64,000 nt of DNA. Origin: Pirellulales bacterium (GTDB lineage Bacteria; Planctomycetota; Planctomycetia; Pirellulales; UBA1268). The notes under the pieces were generated by a model. That model worked only from the letters and a program-made list of their open reading frames with translations, was not told the DNA's origin and did not search any database. The DNA lies in contig JBILVO010000005.1 of NCBI GenBank assembly GCA_044370415.1, forward strand, positions 2,395 to 66,394, read 5' to 3'. Numbering within the stretch: the stretch's first letter is position 1; each line of letters starts with the position of its first letter. Positions 33,833 through 42,912 of the stretch are shown here, piece after piece. A program made the translations under genes and the position numbers.

Positions 33833-34588
33833 TCACCCCGCTGCGCCCGCCAGCACCTCAGCGAGATGAATCGTGCGCGGTGGGGTGCCGGTGGCCTGGG
33901 TGGCAGTGCCCTGGGCGGCGGCGTTCCGCGACAGCCAGCCGTCGAGCTGGAGCTGGCAGCTCGGGTCGCTGGAGACAATGTAGTCGCAGCCGGTGCGGGC
34001 GAGCGACCCGCCCTTCACCTCCGCCATGGCCGTGGAGATCATCGGGAACTTCACGCTGAACAGGCCGCCGAAGCCGCAGCAGCTGTCGGGCTCGTCGCAC
34101 TCGACCAGCTCGAGGTCGCGGACGGCACGCAGGAGAAGCCGCGGCTCCTCCCGGATTCGCAGCTCCCGGAGCCCGTGGCAGCCGTCGTGGTAGGTGACCC
34201 GATGCGGAAACCGCGCGCCCACGTCGGTGACCCCCAGCCTGCGGACGAGGAACTCCGCGAACTCGAACGTCCGGGCGGCGAGGTCGAGCGCCTCAGCCTC
34301 GTGGGGCGTGCCGGCGAGCAGCTGGGGGTAGAAGACCCGCATCATCGCCACGCACGAGCCGCTGGGGCCGACGACCGCCTCGGCACCGGCGAAGACCTCG
34401 AGCGCGCGGATGGCGACCGCCCGGGCCTCGTCCCAGTAGCCGGCGTTGAAGCTCGGCTGGCCGCAGCAGGTCTGCGCCGGCCGGAATTCGACCACGTGGC
34501 CGAGCCGCTCGAGCACGCTGGCCACCGCCAGGCCGACCTGCGGGGTCATCTGGTCGACGAAGCAGGGGATGAACAGATCGACCTTCAT
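33833..34588 (-). CDS. lutA: Lactate utilization protein A (LutA/YkgE, CCG-domain Fe-S oxidoreductase)
   Basis: It has MKVDLFIPCFVDQ, TCCGQP and DSCCGFGG, which are duplicated CCG motifs. Confidence 0.85.
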   Translation of the reverse strand: MKVDLFIPCFVDQMTPQVGLAVASVLERLGHVVEFRPAQTCCGQPSFNAGYWDEARAVAIRALEVFAGAEAVVGPSGSCVAMMRVFYPQLLAGTPHEAEALDLAARTFEFAEFLVRRLGVTDVGARFPHRVTYHDGCHGLRELRIREEPRLLLRAVRDLELVECDEPDSCCGFGGLFSVKFPMISTAMAEVKGGSLARTGCDYIVSSDPSCQLQLDGWLSRNAAAQGTATQATGTPPRTIHLAEVLAGAAG

Positions 34589-34685
34589 GCCGCACCGTCC
34601 TCGGGCTGTGTTGAGGCTGTGGGGCTCACTCGCGGAGGTCCTCGCCGGGAGCCGCGTCCGGGTGTGGCGGCAGCGTTCGCTCGCA

Positions 34686-35564
34686 TCACCCGCGGCGCTC
34701 GATCGCCCGGGCCATCGCCGCGCCCATGTCGGCCGGGCTCTCGGCGATCTCGATCCCGGCGTCCCGTAGCGCGGCGAGCTTCGCGTCGGCCGTCCCCTTG
34801 CCTCCCGAGATGATCGCGCCGGCGTGCCCCATCCGCTTGCCCGGCGGTGCCGTACGGCCCGCGATGAAGGCGGCGACGGGCTTGGTGACGTGCTGCTTCA
34901 CGAACGCGGCCGCCTCCTCCTCCGCCGAGCCGCCGATCTCACCCATCATCAGGATGGCGTGGGTGTCCGGATCGGCCTGGAAGAGCCCGAGGATGTCGAT
35001 GAAGCTCGACCCGACGAGCGGGTCGCCGCCGAGCCCGACGCACGTGCTCTGGCCGTGGCCGAGCTGCGTGAGCTGCCAGACAGCCTCGTAGGTGAGCGTG
35101 CCGGAGCGGCTCATGACGCCGACGTGGCCGGGCGTGTGGATGTAGCCAGGCATGATGCCGATCTTGCACTGCCCCGGCGTGATGACGCCCGGGCAGTTGG
35201 GCCCGATGAGCCGGCTCTTGGACGCCCGCACCACGGGCATCACCCGGGCCATGTCCATCACCGGAATGCCCTCGGTGATCGCGATCACCAGTTCGATGCC
35301 CGCTCCGACGGCCTCGAGGATCGCGTCGGCCGCGAACGGCGGCGGCACAAAGATCATTGTCGCGTTCGCACCGGTCGCGTCCCGGGCCTCGGCGACGGTG
35401 TTGAAGACCGGCAGGCCGGCCACCTCCTCGCCCGCCTTCCCCGGCGTGACGCCGCCGACCATCCGGGTGCCGTAGTCGAGGCAGCCGCGGGTGTGAAACT
35501 CGCCCACCTTCCCGGTGATGCCCTGACAGATGACGCGGGTGTCGCGGTTGACGAGGATGCTCAT
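34686..35564 (-). CDS. sucD: Succinyl-CoA synthetase alpha subunit
   Basis: ORF 34686..37958 trimmed to Met 35564. [27 protein letters not shown] and SRSGTLTYE (with the phosphohistidine loop GHAGA) are present. Confidence 0.95.
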   Translation of the reverse strand: MSILVNRDTRVICQGITGKVGEFHTRGCLDYGTRMVGGVTPGKAGEEVAGLPVFNTVAEARDATGANATMIFVPPPFAADAILEAVGAGIELVIAITEGIPVMDMARVMPVVRASKSRLIGPNCPGVITPGQCKIGIMPGYIHTPGHVGVMSRSGTLTYEAVWQLTQLGHGQSTCVGLGGDPLVGSSFIDILGLFQADPDTHAILMMGEIGGSAEEEAAAFVKQHVTKPVAAFIAGRTAPPGKRMGHAGAIISGGKGTADAKLAALRDAGIEIAESPADMGAAMARAIERRG

Positions 35565-35602
35565 GGTGGAATGCTTTCGCAGGCGGGGTTCGGGATCGGG
35601 TG

Positions 35603-36790
35603 TCAGGCGGCCCGGGCGGCGGCGACCACCTTCTGGGCGGCATCGGTGAGGCCGTCGGCCGTGATGATCTTCGCGCCGCTGGCGGCGAGGATCTTCTTGC
35701 CTTCCTCCACCTCCGTGCCCTCGAGTCTGACAACGAGTGGGACGGTGAAGCCGATGGTCTTCGATGCCTCGACCAGTGCGGTGGCGATCGTCGTGCACCG
35801 CATGATGCCGCCGAAAATGTTGACGAGGATCGCCTTCACGTGGGGGTCGGAGAGGATGATGCGGAACGCCTCCGTCACCTGTTTCACGTCGGCTCCGCCG
35901 CCCACGTCGAGGAAGTTGGCCGGCTCGCCGCCATGGTGCTTGACGAGGTCCATCGTGCTCATCGCGAGACCCGCACCGTTGACGAGGCAGCCGATCGTGC
36001 CGGAGAGCTTGACGTAGGAGAGCCCGGCGGCGGCGGCCCGGGTTTCGGCCGGCTCCTCCTCCGACTCGTCCCGCAGGGCCGCGACGTCCTTGTGGCGAAA
36101 CAGCGCGTTGTCGTCGAACGTCATCTTGGCGTCGAGGGCGACGAGCTCGCCCTGCTTCGTGAGCACGAGCGGGTTGACCTCCAGGAGCGACGCGTCGAGC
36201 GACACGAAGGCGGTGCAGAGCCGGCGGAAAAACGTTTCGGCGTGGCGCCAGCTGGTCGTCGGCAGGCCGAGCCGCGCGGCCAGGAGCCGCGCCTGGTAGC
36301 CGGCCAGTCCGCGGTCGGGGTCGAAGGGCTCGCTCAGGATCAGCTCGGGAGTCTTCGCCGCCACCTCCTCGATGTCCACGCCGCCCGCCGTGCTGGCAAT
36401 GAGCACCGGAGAGCCGACCCGCCTGTCGACGAGCACCGCGCAGTAGAGCTCGCGATCGATCGCGCAGCCCGACTCCACGAACACCTGCCGCACGACGTGC
36501 CCCTCGGGGCCGGTCTGGATCGTGACGAGCGTCTGGCCGAGCAGCCCCTTCGCGATCCGCTCGGCGTCGGCCGCCGACTTCGCCAGTTCGACGCCCCGCT
36601 GCGACGAGCCCTTCACCTGCCCCTTGCCGCGGCCGCCGGCGTGGATCTGGGCCTTGACCGCACACACCGGCGTGCCCAGCGCCGTGTAGGCCGCGGCGGC
36701 CTCCGCGGGCGTGCGGGCCACCGTGCCGGCCAGCACCGGCACCCCGGCCGCCCGCAGCAGTTCCTTCGCCTGGTACTCGTGAATCTTCAT
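35603..36790 (-). CDS. sucC: Succinyl-CoA synthetase beta subunit
   Basis: ORF trimmed to Met 36790. [12 protein letters not shown], the ATP-grasp domain, and NIFGGIMRC are present. Confidence 0.95.
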   Translation of the reverse strand: MKIHEYQAKELLRAAGVPVLAGTVARTPAEAAAAYTALGTPVCAVKAQIHAGGRGKGQVKGSSQRGVELAKSAADAERIAKGLLGQTLVTIQTGPEGHVVRQVFVESGCAIDRELYCAVLVDRRVGSPVLIASTAGGVDIEEVAAKTPELILSEPFDPDRGLAGYQARLLAARLGLPTTSWRHAETFFRRLCTAFVSLDASLLEVNPLVLTKQGELVALDAKMTFDDNALFRHKDVAALRDESEEEPAETRAAAAGLSYVKLSGTIGCLVNGAGLAMSTMDLVKHHGGEPANFLDVGGGADVKQVTEAFRIILSDPHVKAILVNIFGGIMRCTTIATALVEASKTIGFTVPLVVRLEGTEVEEGKKILAASGAKIITADGLTDAAQKVVAAARAA

Positions 36791-36976
36791 GGTGCGTGCA
36801 TCGCCAGGGTGTCGGTATGGATGGTCGCTGCGCGGAGGGGCGGCGGCCCGCCCTGTCGCGCGGGCTGCCGTCACGAGCCCCCGACAATATGGCAGGAACG
36901 CCCGCGGCTTCAACCGGCAGCGGTTTCCCGACGCCACGCAGACGGCTCAGCGCCACCCAGACGGCCCTGCGGCCGG

Positions 36977-38128
36977 TCAGACGGCCCTGCGGCCGGCCAG
37001 AGGCCCAGCGGCCTCCGTGGCCCTGATCGGCTCCTCCGTCGAGCCGCCGCCTTGGTTCCCAAAGATCCAGGGGACCTCCGGGCGGCCACCCAGCACTTCC
37101 CAGGCCCGCAGGAGCGCGGCGACGAACGGGTCGCCGAAGCGGTGCCGGCGGCCGTAGATCAGGATCTGGCTGGGGTTGAGGTAGAGCCGCCCGAAGCCCT
37201 GCCGGATCAGCTCGCGATGGAAGCCCGCGTGCTCGGTGTCGGTGGTGCCGTAGCGGCCGTGCCGGAAGGCCTCCATCCGGTAGATGCCCAGGCCGCCGAA
37301 GCAGCAGGTCACCGGCACGAGCGGCTCCCCGCGGGCATAGACGTACTTCCGCGCCTGCGCCGTGGGGATCGGCGAGAGGTCCGCGTCGAATCGCAGCGCC
37401 CACATGTCGTACTGCCGCACCTCGTTGATCCGCAGCCCGTCCCGCCGGTAGATGAGGCCGTTGGAGCCGATGAAGTCCCAGTCGCGGTGCCCGAAGGAGT
37501 TGGCGACGCCGTCCTCGCTCCAGCCGCCGGCGACGTCGAGATCGATCACGATCGTCGCGTCGAAGTGGCTGCAGGTCTCCAGGACGATCTCCTGGCACCG
37601 CTGCCGGTAGCGGGCCATCCGCTCCGCCCGCTGCACGCACCGCTTGGGCGGGTTTCGCGGATCGCGGCAATCCTCGAGCGTGACGTGCACCTTGCCGTCG
37701 TGCGCCGCCCAGGCCTGCAGCAGCAGCTTCGTGGCGTCGGTCGAGTCGTTCTCGTAGACGATCACCCGCGTGTCGGCGAAGAGCCGCCGCAGCCGCTCGA
37801 TCCGCCGGATCGTGGCGGGCAGCACGGCGGCGAGGTTGCGGGCCAGGCCGGTGATCGCCACCCGCGACCGGGCCATCGTGGCGTAGCCCCGCTCGCACGT
37901 GCGGCGGTAGTCCTGCTCGCGGCCGGCGGCGGGCGGGAAGGCGTGCTCCGGAAAACACTCGCCAAGAAAGTCGGGCGGGGGCACCAGGGGCTCGGCAGCC
38001 GACGCTGAGGCGGTCGGACGCATCGCGGTTCGCTCCGGGGAGGCTTCGGCCCGCGCTTGTGCGCGGCCGAGGGGCGGGATGGTAGCCGCCGAGGCAGGCC
38101 GTCGCAGCGGCAAATCACCCGACGGCAC
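36977..38128 (-). CDS. Putative glycosyltransferase, CAP59/Cmt1-like (GT69-like)
   Basis: [16 protein letters not shown] and YDMWALRFD resemble the sIyEsgS.DgTk and YYDTFALRD blocks of the cryptococcal mannosyltransferase family as I recall them. The start is uncertain (38128, or Met 38026, or later). Confidence 0.55.
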   Translation of the reverse strand: MPSGDLPLRRPASAATIPPLGRAQARAEASPERTAMRPTASASAAEPLVPPPDFLGECFPEHAFPPAAGREQDYRRTCERGYATMARSRVAITGLARNLAAVLPATIRRIERLRRLFADTRVIVYENDSTDATKLLLQAWAAHDGKVHVTLEDCRDPRNPPKRCVQRAERMARYRQRCQEIVLETCSHFDATIVIDLDVAGGWSEDGVANSFGHRDWDFIGSNGLIYRRDGLRINEVRQYDMWALRFDADLSPIPTAQARKYVYARGEPLVPVTCCFGGLGIYRMEAFRHGRYGTTDTEHAGFHRELIRQGFGRLYLNPSQILIYGRRHRFGDPFVAALLRAWEVLGGRPEVPWIFGNQGGGSTEEPIRATEAAGPLAGRRAV

Positions 38129-38415
38129 GGCCGCCGTCCGGGCGCCACCTGCGACACGGACTCGCCCAACGGAAACGGGCAGCGACGACCGTTTCTAAAG
38201 CACGGCGCGGGTCCGGACAGCTGGCTGCCGCAGCTGCGTCGACCTGCGGCGGCGGCGAGATGGGGTGTTTGCGCAGAGGGGCGAGCCCGACGTGTCGGAC
38301 CGTGCGTCGACTACGGGGGCTGCGGCGACCCGCGCGAAAAATCTGCACGGGGGGAATTTTCCCGTCGATCCCTTCCTGTAAATCCATCTATAGACGCCGT
38401 TGAGAAAAGCGGCGC

Positions 38416-38433
38416 GACGTCTAGGACGTCTAG
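38416..38433. repeat. Perfect tandem duplication GACGTCTAG-GACGTCTAG in a divergent intergenic region
   Basis: 38416-38424 and 38425-38433. Each unit contains the GACGTC palindrome. A related TATAGACG lies inverted at about 38389-38396. It is about 50 nt upstream of the sulfotransferase start, in a locally A/T-richer stretch. Confidence 0.7.
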
Positions 38434-38482
38434 AGAGATGGAGCGGTTCGCTCCGTAGATGGCATCGCTGGAGAGGCGTCCC

Positions 38483-39208
38483 ATGATCATGATGGGTTTT
38501 GGCCGCAGCCACGTCCGCAAGCTGCTCTTCGAGCACGTGCCCAAGTGCGCCGGCACGGCGGCGATGAAGTTTCTCGAACGGCAGTACGCGCGGCGGCGGA
38601 CCTACACCGTCTACGACCGCCGGCCGGACGAGTGCGGGACGTTCCGGCAGATGCCCGAGTCGCAGCGGCACGCCTACGACCTCGTGATCGGCCACGGCGC
38701 CCACAGGCTCATCGACTGGTGCGCCCCCGACGCCGTCACGGCGACGGTCCTGCGGCAGCCCGTCGACCGGATCGTCTCCCACTACTACTACGTGCTCGAG
38801 CAGCCCGACCACTACCTGCACGTCGAGGTGGTCGGCCGCTCGATGACGCTGCGCGACTACGTCGAGTCGGGCGTGAGCGACGAGCTGCGCAACTACATGA
38901 CCTGCAGCTTCCTGGGCATGAGCCCCGCCGAGGCGGAGCGGGATCCCGCCCGTTCGGTCGACAGGGCGTGGGAGATCCTCCGCGGCCGCTACCGGGTCGT
39001 GGGGATCGTGGAGCGGCTGCCGCCGGCCATGGAGGCGATCCGGACGGCGATCGGCGCCACCACGCCGTGGACGAACACGCGGACGAACTCGACGGCTGGC
39101 CGCCGGCCGATCGAGAGCATCGCCGCCGAGGATCGCCGCGCGATCGCCGACCGCAACGCGCTCGATATGGAGCTCTACCGGCGGGCGGCCGAGGCGGCGC
39201 CGAGGTAG
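38483..39208 (+). CDS. Sulfotransferase (PAPS-dependent, eukaryote-like Sulfotransfer family)
   Basis: The 5'-PSB-like motif is HVPKCAGTA and the 3'-PB-like motif is LRQPVDRIVSHYYY. Met 38483 has GGAGAGG 6 nt upstream. ATG 38459 is an alternative start. Confidence 0.7.
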   Translation: MIMMGFGRSHVRKLLFEHVPKCAGTAAMKFLERQYARRRTYTVYDRRPDECGTFRQMPESQRHAYDLVIGHGAHRLIDWCAPDAVTATVLRQPVDRIVSHYYYVLEQPDHYLHVEVVGRSMTLRDYVESGVSDELRNYMTCSFLGMSPAEAERDPARSVDRAWEILRGRYRVVGIVERLPPAMEAIRTAIGATTPWTNTRTNSTAGRRPIESIAAEDRRAIADRNALDMELYRRAAEAAPR

Positions 39209-40839
39209 CCCCGGCGGCCGCGGACGACCAGCAGCGCCACCGCCAGCCACGCGACGAGCGGAAACGCGGGGCCGATCCGGCTGTAGAGCGTGCGGGACTC
39301 CAGCAGCGGCACGCGGGTCTCGAGGATGCCGCGGCCCTGCAGCGGCAGCGACTCGGTCACCACGCCCAGCGGCGAGATCGAGCAGGTCTGGCCGGTGGCG
39401 GCGCACCGCAGCAGGCTGCGGCGGGTCTCGACCGCCCGCAGCTGGGCCAGGAGCCTGTGCTGCACGAGCGTGAGGGGCTCCGTGAAGGCGGAGCCGTTGA
39501 TCAGCGAGACGAGCACGTTGGCGTTCGACGCCGCGAGCGTGCGGGCCGCCTTGGGAATCATGTCCTCGTAGCAGAGCATCACGCCGAGCCGTGCGGCCGT
39601 GCCGCAGCCGAGGACGACGGCGTCCCGTCCCTCGGTGAGGTCGTCCTGCATGGGAAAATAGCGCTTGATGTCCGGGAACCAGTCCTCGCCCGGCACGTAC
39701 TCGCCGAAGGGCATGAGGTGCCGCTTGTGGTACGAGCCGAGGATCGCGTGGGAGGGGTCGATGAGGATCGCCGACTGGTAGAGCTCCCGCGGCTTGTCGG
39801 GATGGCCCGAAAAGATCTTGCCGCCGAAGAGGAGCGGGCAGGCGGGCGACTCGAGCGGACGCATGCCCGGATTGGGCGGCCGCGACTTGGAGAGCACCTC
39901 GTTGGGGTCGGCGAGCGACTCGAGCGACGCCTCGTAGGAGCCGCCGCTGCACTCGGGCCAGCAGACGAGGTCGGGCAGGCCGGCGGTGCCCCTGCACCGG
40001 GCCTCGGTGAGGCTCCTGAGCGAGTCGACGCCGTCGGCATCCTCCGGGTTCGACTGCACGAGGGCGACGGAGACCGTCGGCGCCGCGGCGACCCGCGGCT
40101 GCCAGGAGGCGATCGCTCCGATCCCATAGGCGAGGTTGGCGAGCACGAGGCCGACCGCGGCCAGGCCGGCCCTCCCCGCCAGCGGCGGCAGGCCCGCGGC
40201 CGCGCGGCGAGCCACGTCGACGAGCCAGACGATGGCGCCTGCGTGGGCGTAGAAGACGAGCGTGGCGAACTCGGGGCCGAAGAGATCGACCGACTGGATC
40301 AACGGCGTCCAGGCGGCCTGGGAGTAGCCGAACTTCCACGGGAAGACGGCCGGCAGCACCCCCTCGAGCGCCGCCGCGAGGAGCCCCGCGGGCAGCCAGG
40401 CCCGCAGGGGATCGGGCTGCACGCGGGCCGCGAACCACAGCGGCACGACGAGCCGGGCCGCGTCGTAGAGCATGATCGGCGCGGCGATCACGAGGCCGAT
40501 CTCGTAGTTGACGTTCATCGCGTAGGCGAGCACCTTCGGCGACCAGTGGAACGCGATCGCGATCGCGAGCGTGGCCGCGGCGAGCGACCAGGTCTCGCCC
40601 CACCAGCCGCGGAGATGCGGCACGAGCATGAGGGCCGCCGCCATGGCGACCCAGCCGGACCAGACGAGATCCTGCTTGAGCCAGGGCGCGGCCATGAGCA
40701 CGGCCACGGCCACCGCGATCCCCGCCGCCGTGGCGCACCGGCGGACGTTGGCGGCACTGCCAGCGGCCGGAATGAGCAGGGGCTCGTCGCGGGCGGGCTT
40801 GGCCAGGGCGGGCTCGGCGGGATGGACTGGAAGGGCCAT
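39175..40839 (-). CDS. lnt: Apolipoprotein N-acyltransferase
   Basis: It has a polytopic N-terminal domain plus a C-N hydrolase domain (VCWPECSGG, VMLCYEDMIP, RCAATGQTCSISPLG). The ORF was trimmed to Met 40839. Its 3' end overlaps the convergent sulfotransferase by 34 nt. Confidence 0.85.
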   Translation of the reverse strand: MALPVHPAEPALAKPARDEPLLIPAAGSAANVRRCATAAGIAVAVAVLMAAPWLKQDLVWSGWVAMAAALMLVPHLRGWWGETWSLAAATLAIAIAFHWSPKVLAYAMNVNYEIGLVIAAPIMLYDAARLVVPLWFAARVQPDPLRAWLPAGLLAAALEGVLPAVFPWKFGYSQAAWTPLIQSVDLFGPEFATLVFYAHAGAIVWLVDVARRAAAGLPPLAGRAGLAAVGLVLANLAYGIGAIASWQPRVAAAPTVSVALVQSNPEDADGVDSLRSLTEARCRGTAGLPDLVCWPECSGGSYEASLESLADPNEVLSKSRPPNPGMRPLESPACPLLFGGKIFSGHPDKPRELYQSAILIDPSHAILGSYHKRHLMPFGEYVPGEDWFPDIKRYFPMQDDLTEGRDAVVLGCGTAARLGVMLCYEDMIPKAARTLAASNANVLVSLINGSAFTEPLTLVQHRLLAQLRAVETRRSLLRCAATGQTCSISPLGVVTESLPLQGRGILETRVPLLESRTLYSRIGPAFPLVAWLAVALLVVRGRRGYLGAASAARR

Positions 40840-41065
40840 CCTGCGGTTGTACCCAGCGAAAAACCGCGAAGCAAAACGCCGGGGCTCGGCCGTGGAGAGC
40901 CGGCCGAAATTGCCGGATTGGCACATTCAGCCGCGCGCGAGCAGCCGTCCAAAACGAACGAGCCGGGCAGAACGTCAGGAACGTTTCCGTCCCTTCGGTC
41001 CCGCCCGGCTCGTCGTTGAAACGAGTCGAACTTGAAACGTGCGAATCAGTCGCGACTCGTTCAGA

Positions 41066-41512
41066 CTAGAACGGGCCGCCGGCAGCGGCGCCGGTCACGA
41101 CGGCCGGCGCATCGCCGGGGCCGAGGTCCGGAAAGACACCCACGTAGCCGGTCAGGCCGGCCTTGGTCACGTTGTAGTTGGCCGTGCCGACGAGGGCCGG
41201 ATCGAGCGGGTTCACGATGTCAGCAACGTAGGTGGCAGCCACGAGGCCGGCACCCGGGGCGACCGGCAGGCTGACGACCGAGCCACCAGCGATCTGCTTG
41301 GAACCGAGGGACTGGGCTTGCGAAATCGTCGTCGGGAAAGCGGTGCCGTTCGGAACGAGCACAGCCACGACGGTGTCGCCCGGGTCCGAGTAGTTCTTGA
41401 CGCGGATCGTCGAGGACTTCTTCGCACCGCTCGTGCCACCGGCCTCGGCCGAGGACACCACGAAGCCGACCGCCACGATGGCGATGGCGAGAACTGCAAA
41501 CTTGCGAATCAT
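41066..41512 (-). CDS. Small secreted protein, family unknown (cassette A partner)
   Basis: Signal MIRKFAVLAIAIVAVGFVVSSAEA. The body is Gly/Ala/Val/Thr-rich and beta-like and ends ...GGPF. It is a paralog of 54902..55264. AGAGAGGTT lies upstream of the ATG, as in the paralog. Confidence 0.7.
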   Translation of the reverse strand: MIRKFAVLAIAIVAVGFVVSSAEAGGTSGAKKSSTIRVKNYSDPGDTVVAVLVPNGTAFPTTISQAQSLGSKQIAGGSVVSLPVAPGAGLVAATYVADIVNPLDPALVGTANYNVTKAGLTGYVGVFPDLGPGDAPAVVTGAAAGGPF

Positions 41513-41667
41513 GTCAAAACCTCTCTAGAAAGGGAACGAACAAGAGCCGAATCAGCCATACCGTTAGCCCGAAAGTCGGGGACAAAAGCCCCTTCCATCG
41601 ACGCTGACACAATCCATCGCACGACGGGTGACACGCGTCACCAGCCGTCCCGGTCGCTCCTCCAGGA

Positions 41668-42552
41668 TCACTGCCTGTTGACGAGGGAGGCCGCTTGCTC
41701 TCCCCCGTTTCTCGTGCAGATCGCCGAAAGGATCGTCGGATCCATGTTGTCTGCCAGGAACATCACCCGACCGTCGACGAACGCCGCATGGCAGCCGACG
41801 GGGTGGTTGCTCCGCATGTTTTGATTTTTCTGCTCGTTGACGAACCGCTCGCTCTGCGAGAACGAGTTCGTGCCGTTGGCCCACCGGGCGTTTTCATCGA
41901 GAGACACGCCCGGAGCTTCGGACAACCCCCGGTCGACCGACTCGCCGACGAGGACCGTGGCGCTCAGGCCGTCGGTGATGTCGGCGGCCTTGACCGGCCG
42001 GGGATGGTCGGCGTTGATCGGGATCAGCACACCGTTGAAGAGGCCGTCGGCCGGCGGCAGCGAGGTGCCGGTGAGCATGATCGTGCTCCCGGAGATTCCC
42101 GCGTAGTCCTGCTTGCCCAGGAACGGCACCATGCCCGACGGACAGGTGTAGAGCTGGATGTTCTGCATCGCCGCGGTCGCGTTCTTGCCCGGGGCGTTCC
42201 AGGCCTTGGAGTAGTCGATCCGGTTGGCGAGCTCCACTTCCTCGATGTAGGGGAGGATGTAGGACGACCACGCGTGACGCGTGCCATTGGGCAGTGCGGA
42301 GCCGACCGGAATGACGTTTGCGGAGGGCGGGAAGGACTTCCGCGACGACTCGTAGGAGCAGAGCGCCACGGCCATGTTTTTGAGGTTGTTGATGCAGGTC
42401 GTCTGGCGGCCCGACTCGCGTGCCCGCTGCACGGCGGGCAGCAGCATGCCGATCAGGACGCCGATGATGGCGATGACGGCGAGCAGCTCCACGAGCGTGA
42501 AGCCGCGACGGCGTCGGACCGGCACAACGATCGAAGATGAGGTCGCGGTCAA
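41668..42552 (-). CDS. DUF1559 protein: prepilin-type N-terminal methylation motif plus H-X9-DG C-terminal motif (cassette A)
   Basis: It has RRGFTLVELLAVIAIIGVLIGMLLPAVQRARE. HPVGCHAAFVDG is H-X9-DG. Confidence 0.9.
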   Translation of the reverse strand: MTATSSSIVVPVRRRRGFTLVELLAVIAIIGVLIGMLLPAVQRARESGRQTTCINNLKNMAVALCSYESSRKSFPPSANVIPVGSALPNGTRHAWSSYILPYIEEVELANRIDYSKAWNAPGKNATAAMQNIQLYTCPSGMVPFLGKQDYAGISGSTIMLTGTSLPPADGLFNGVLIPINADHPRPVKAADITDGLSATVLVGESVDRGLSEAPGVSLDENARWANGTNSFSQSERFVNEQKNQNMRSNHPVGCHAAFVDGRVMFLADNMDPTILSAICTRNGGEQAASLVNRQ

Positions 42553-42725
42553 GGTCGATCGATTCCCGCAGTGATGGGTGACGGCACGCCGTATGGGTCG
42601 CGAGCATTCGGGCTGGACCCGAAAACCGGACCCTCAATCTCGGTCCCGAAGCCGCTCCTGCACAACCCTTTGGTTTTTACGGCCTGGAAGGCCTGTCCCA
42701 AGTAGGGCGTATGCAGAGATTGCAT

Positions 42726-42753
42726 AGGCTACGGCGACATTGCTGCCTGTCAA
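42726..42753 (-). promoter_or_regulatory. Weak candidate promoter TTGACA-16 nt-TAGCCT, followed by the inverted repeat ATGCA-N5-TGCAT
   Basis: The -35 is at 42748-42753 and the -10 at 42726-42731. The palindrome ATGCAGAGATTGCAT is at 42711-42725. The site lies about 170 nt upstream of the DUF1559 ATG. Confidence 0.25.
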
Positions 42754-42912
42754 GCATCTGGGGGGGTAAGAAACACGCTAGAATTCCGTGTTCTCGCGAA
42801 TTGGCCCACCTGCAGGACTGGAGCATGCGACGCAAAGCGCTTGTTGGCAAGGCTTTGCGTCTCTTCCAAAATCCTGGAACAGGGCCCGTGGCCGCGGTTT
42901 TCCCGGCGGAAT

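Noticed and set aside
39175-39208. A 34-nt overlap of the convergent sulfotransferase and lnt 3' ends.
   Set aside because: This is probably real but unremarkable in a compact high-GC genome. It could also shrink if either stop or frame call were revised. It does not merit a finding.
40958-41013. A hairpin (11-bp stem ACGAGCCGGGC/GCCCGGCTCGT) downstream of the cassette A small gene, considered as a terminator.
   Set aside because: The loop is about 34 nt and the trailing U-tract has only 4 residues (TCGTTTTGG). That is too weak to call, though it may still contribute to termination before lnt.
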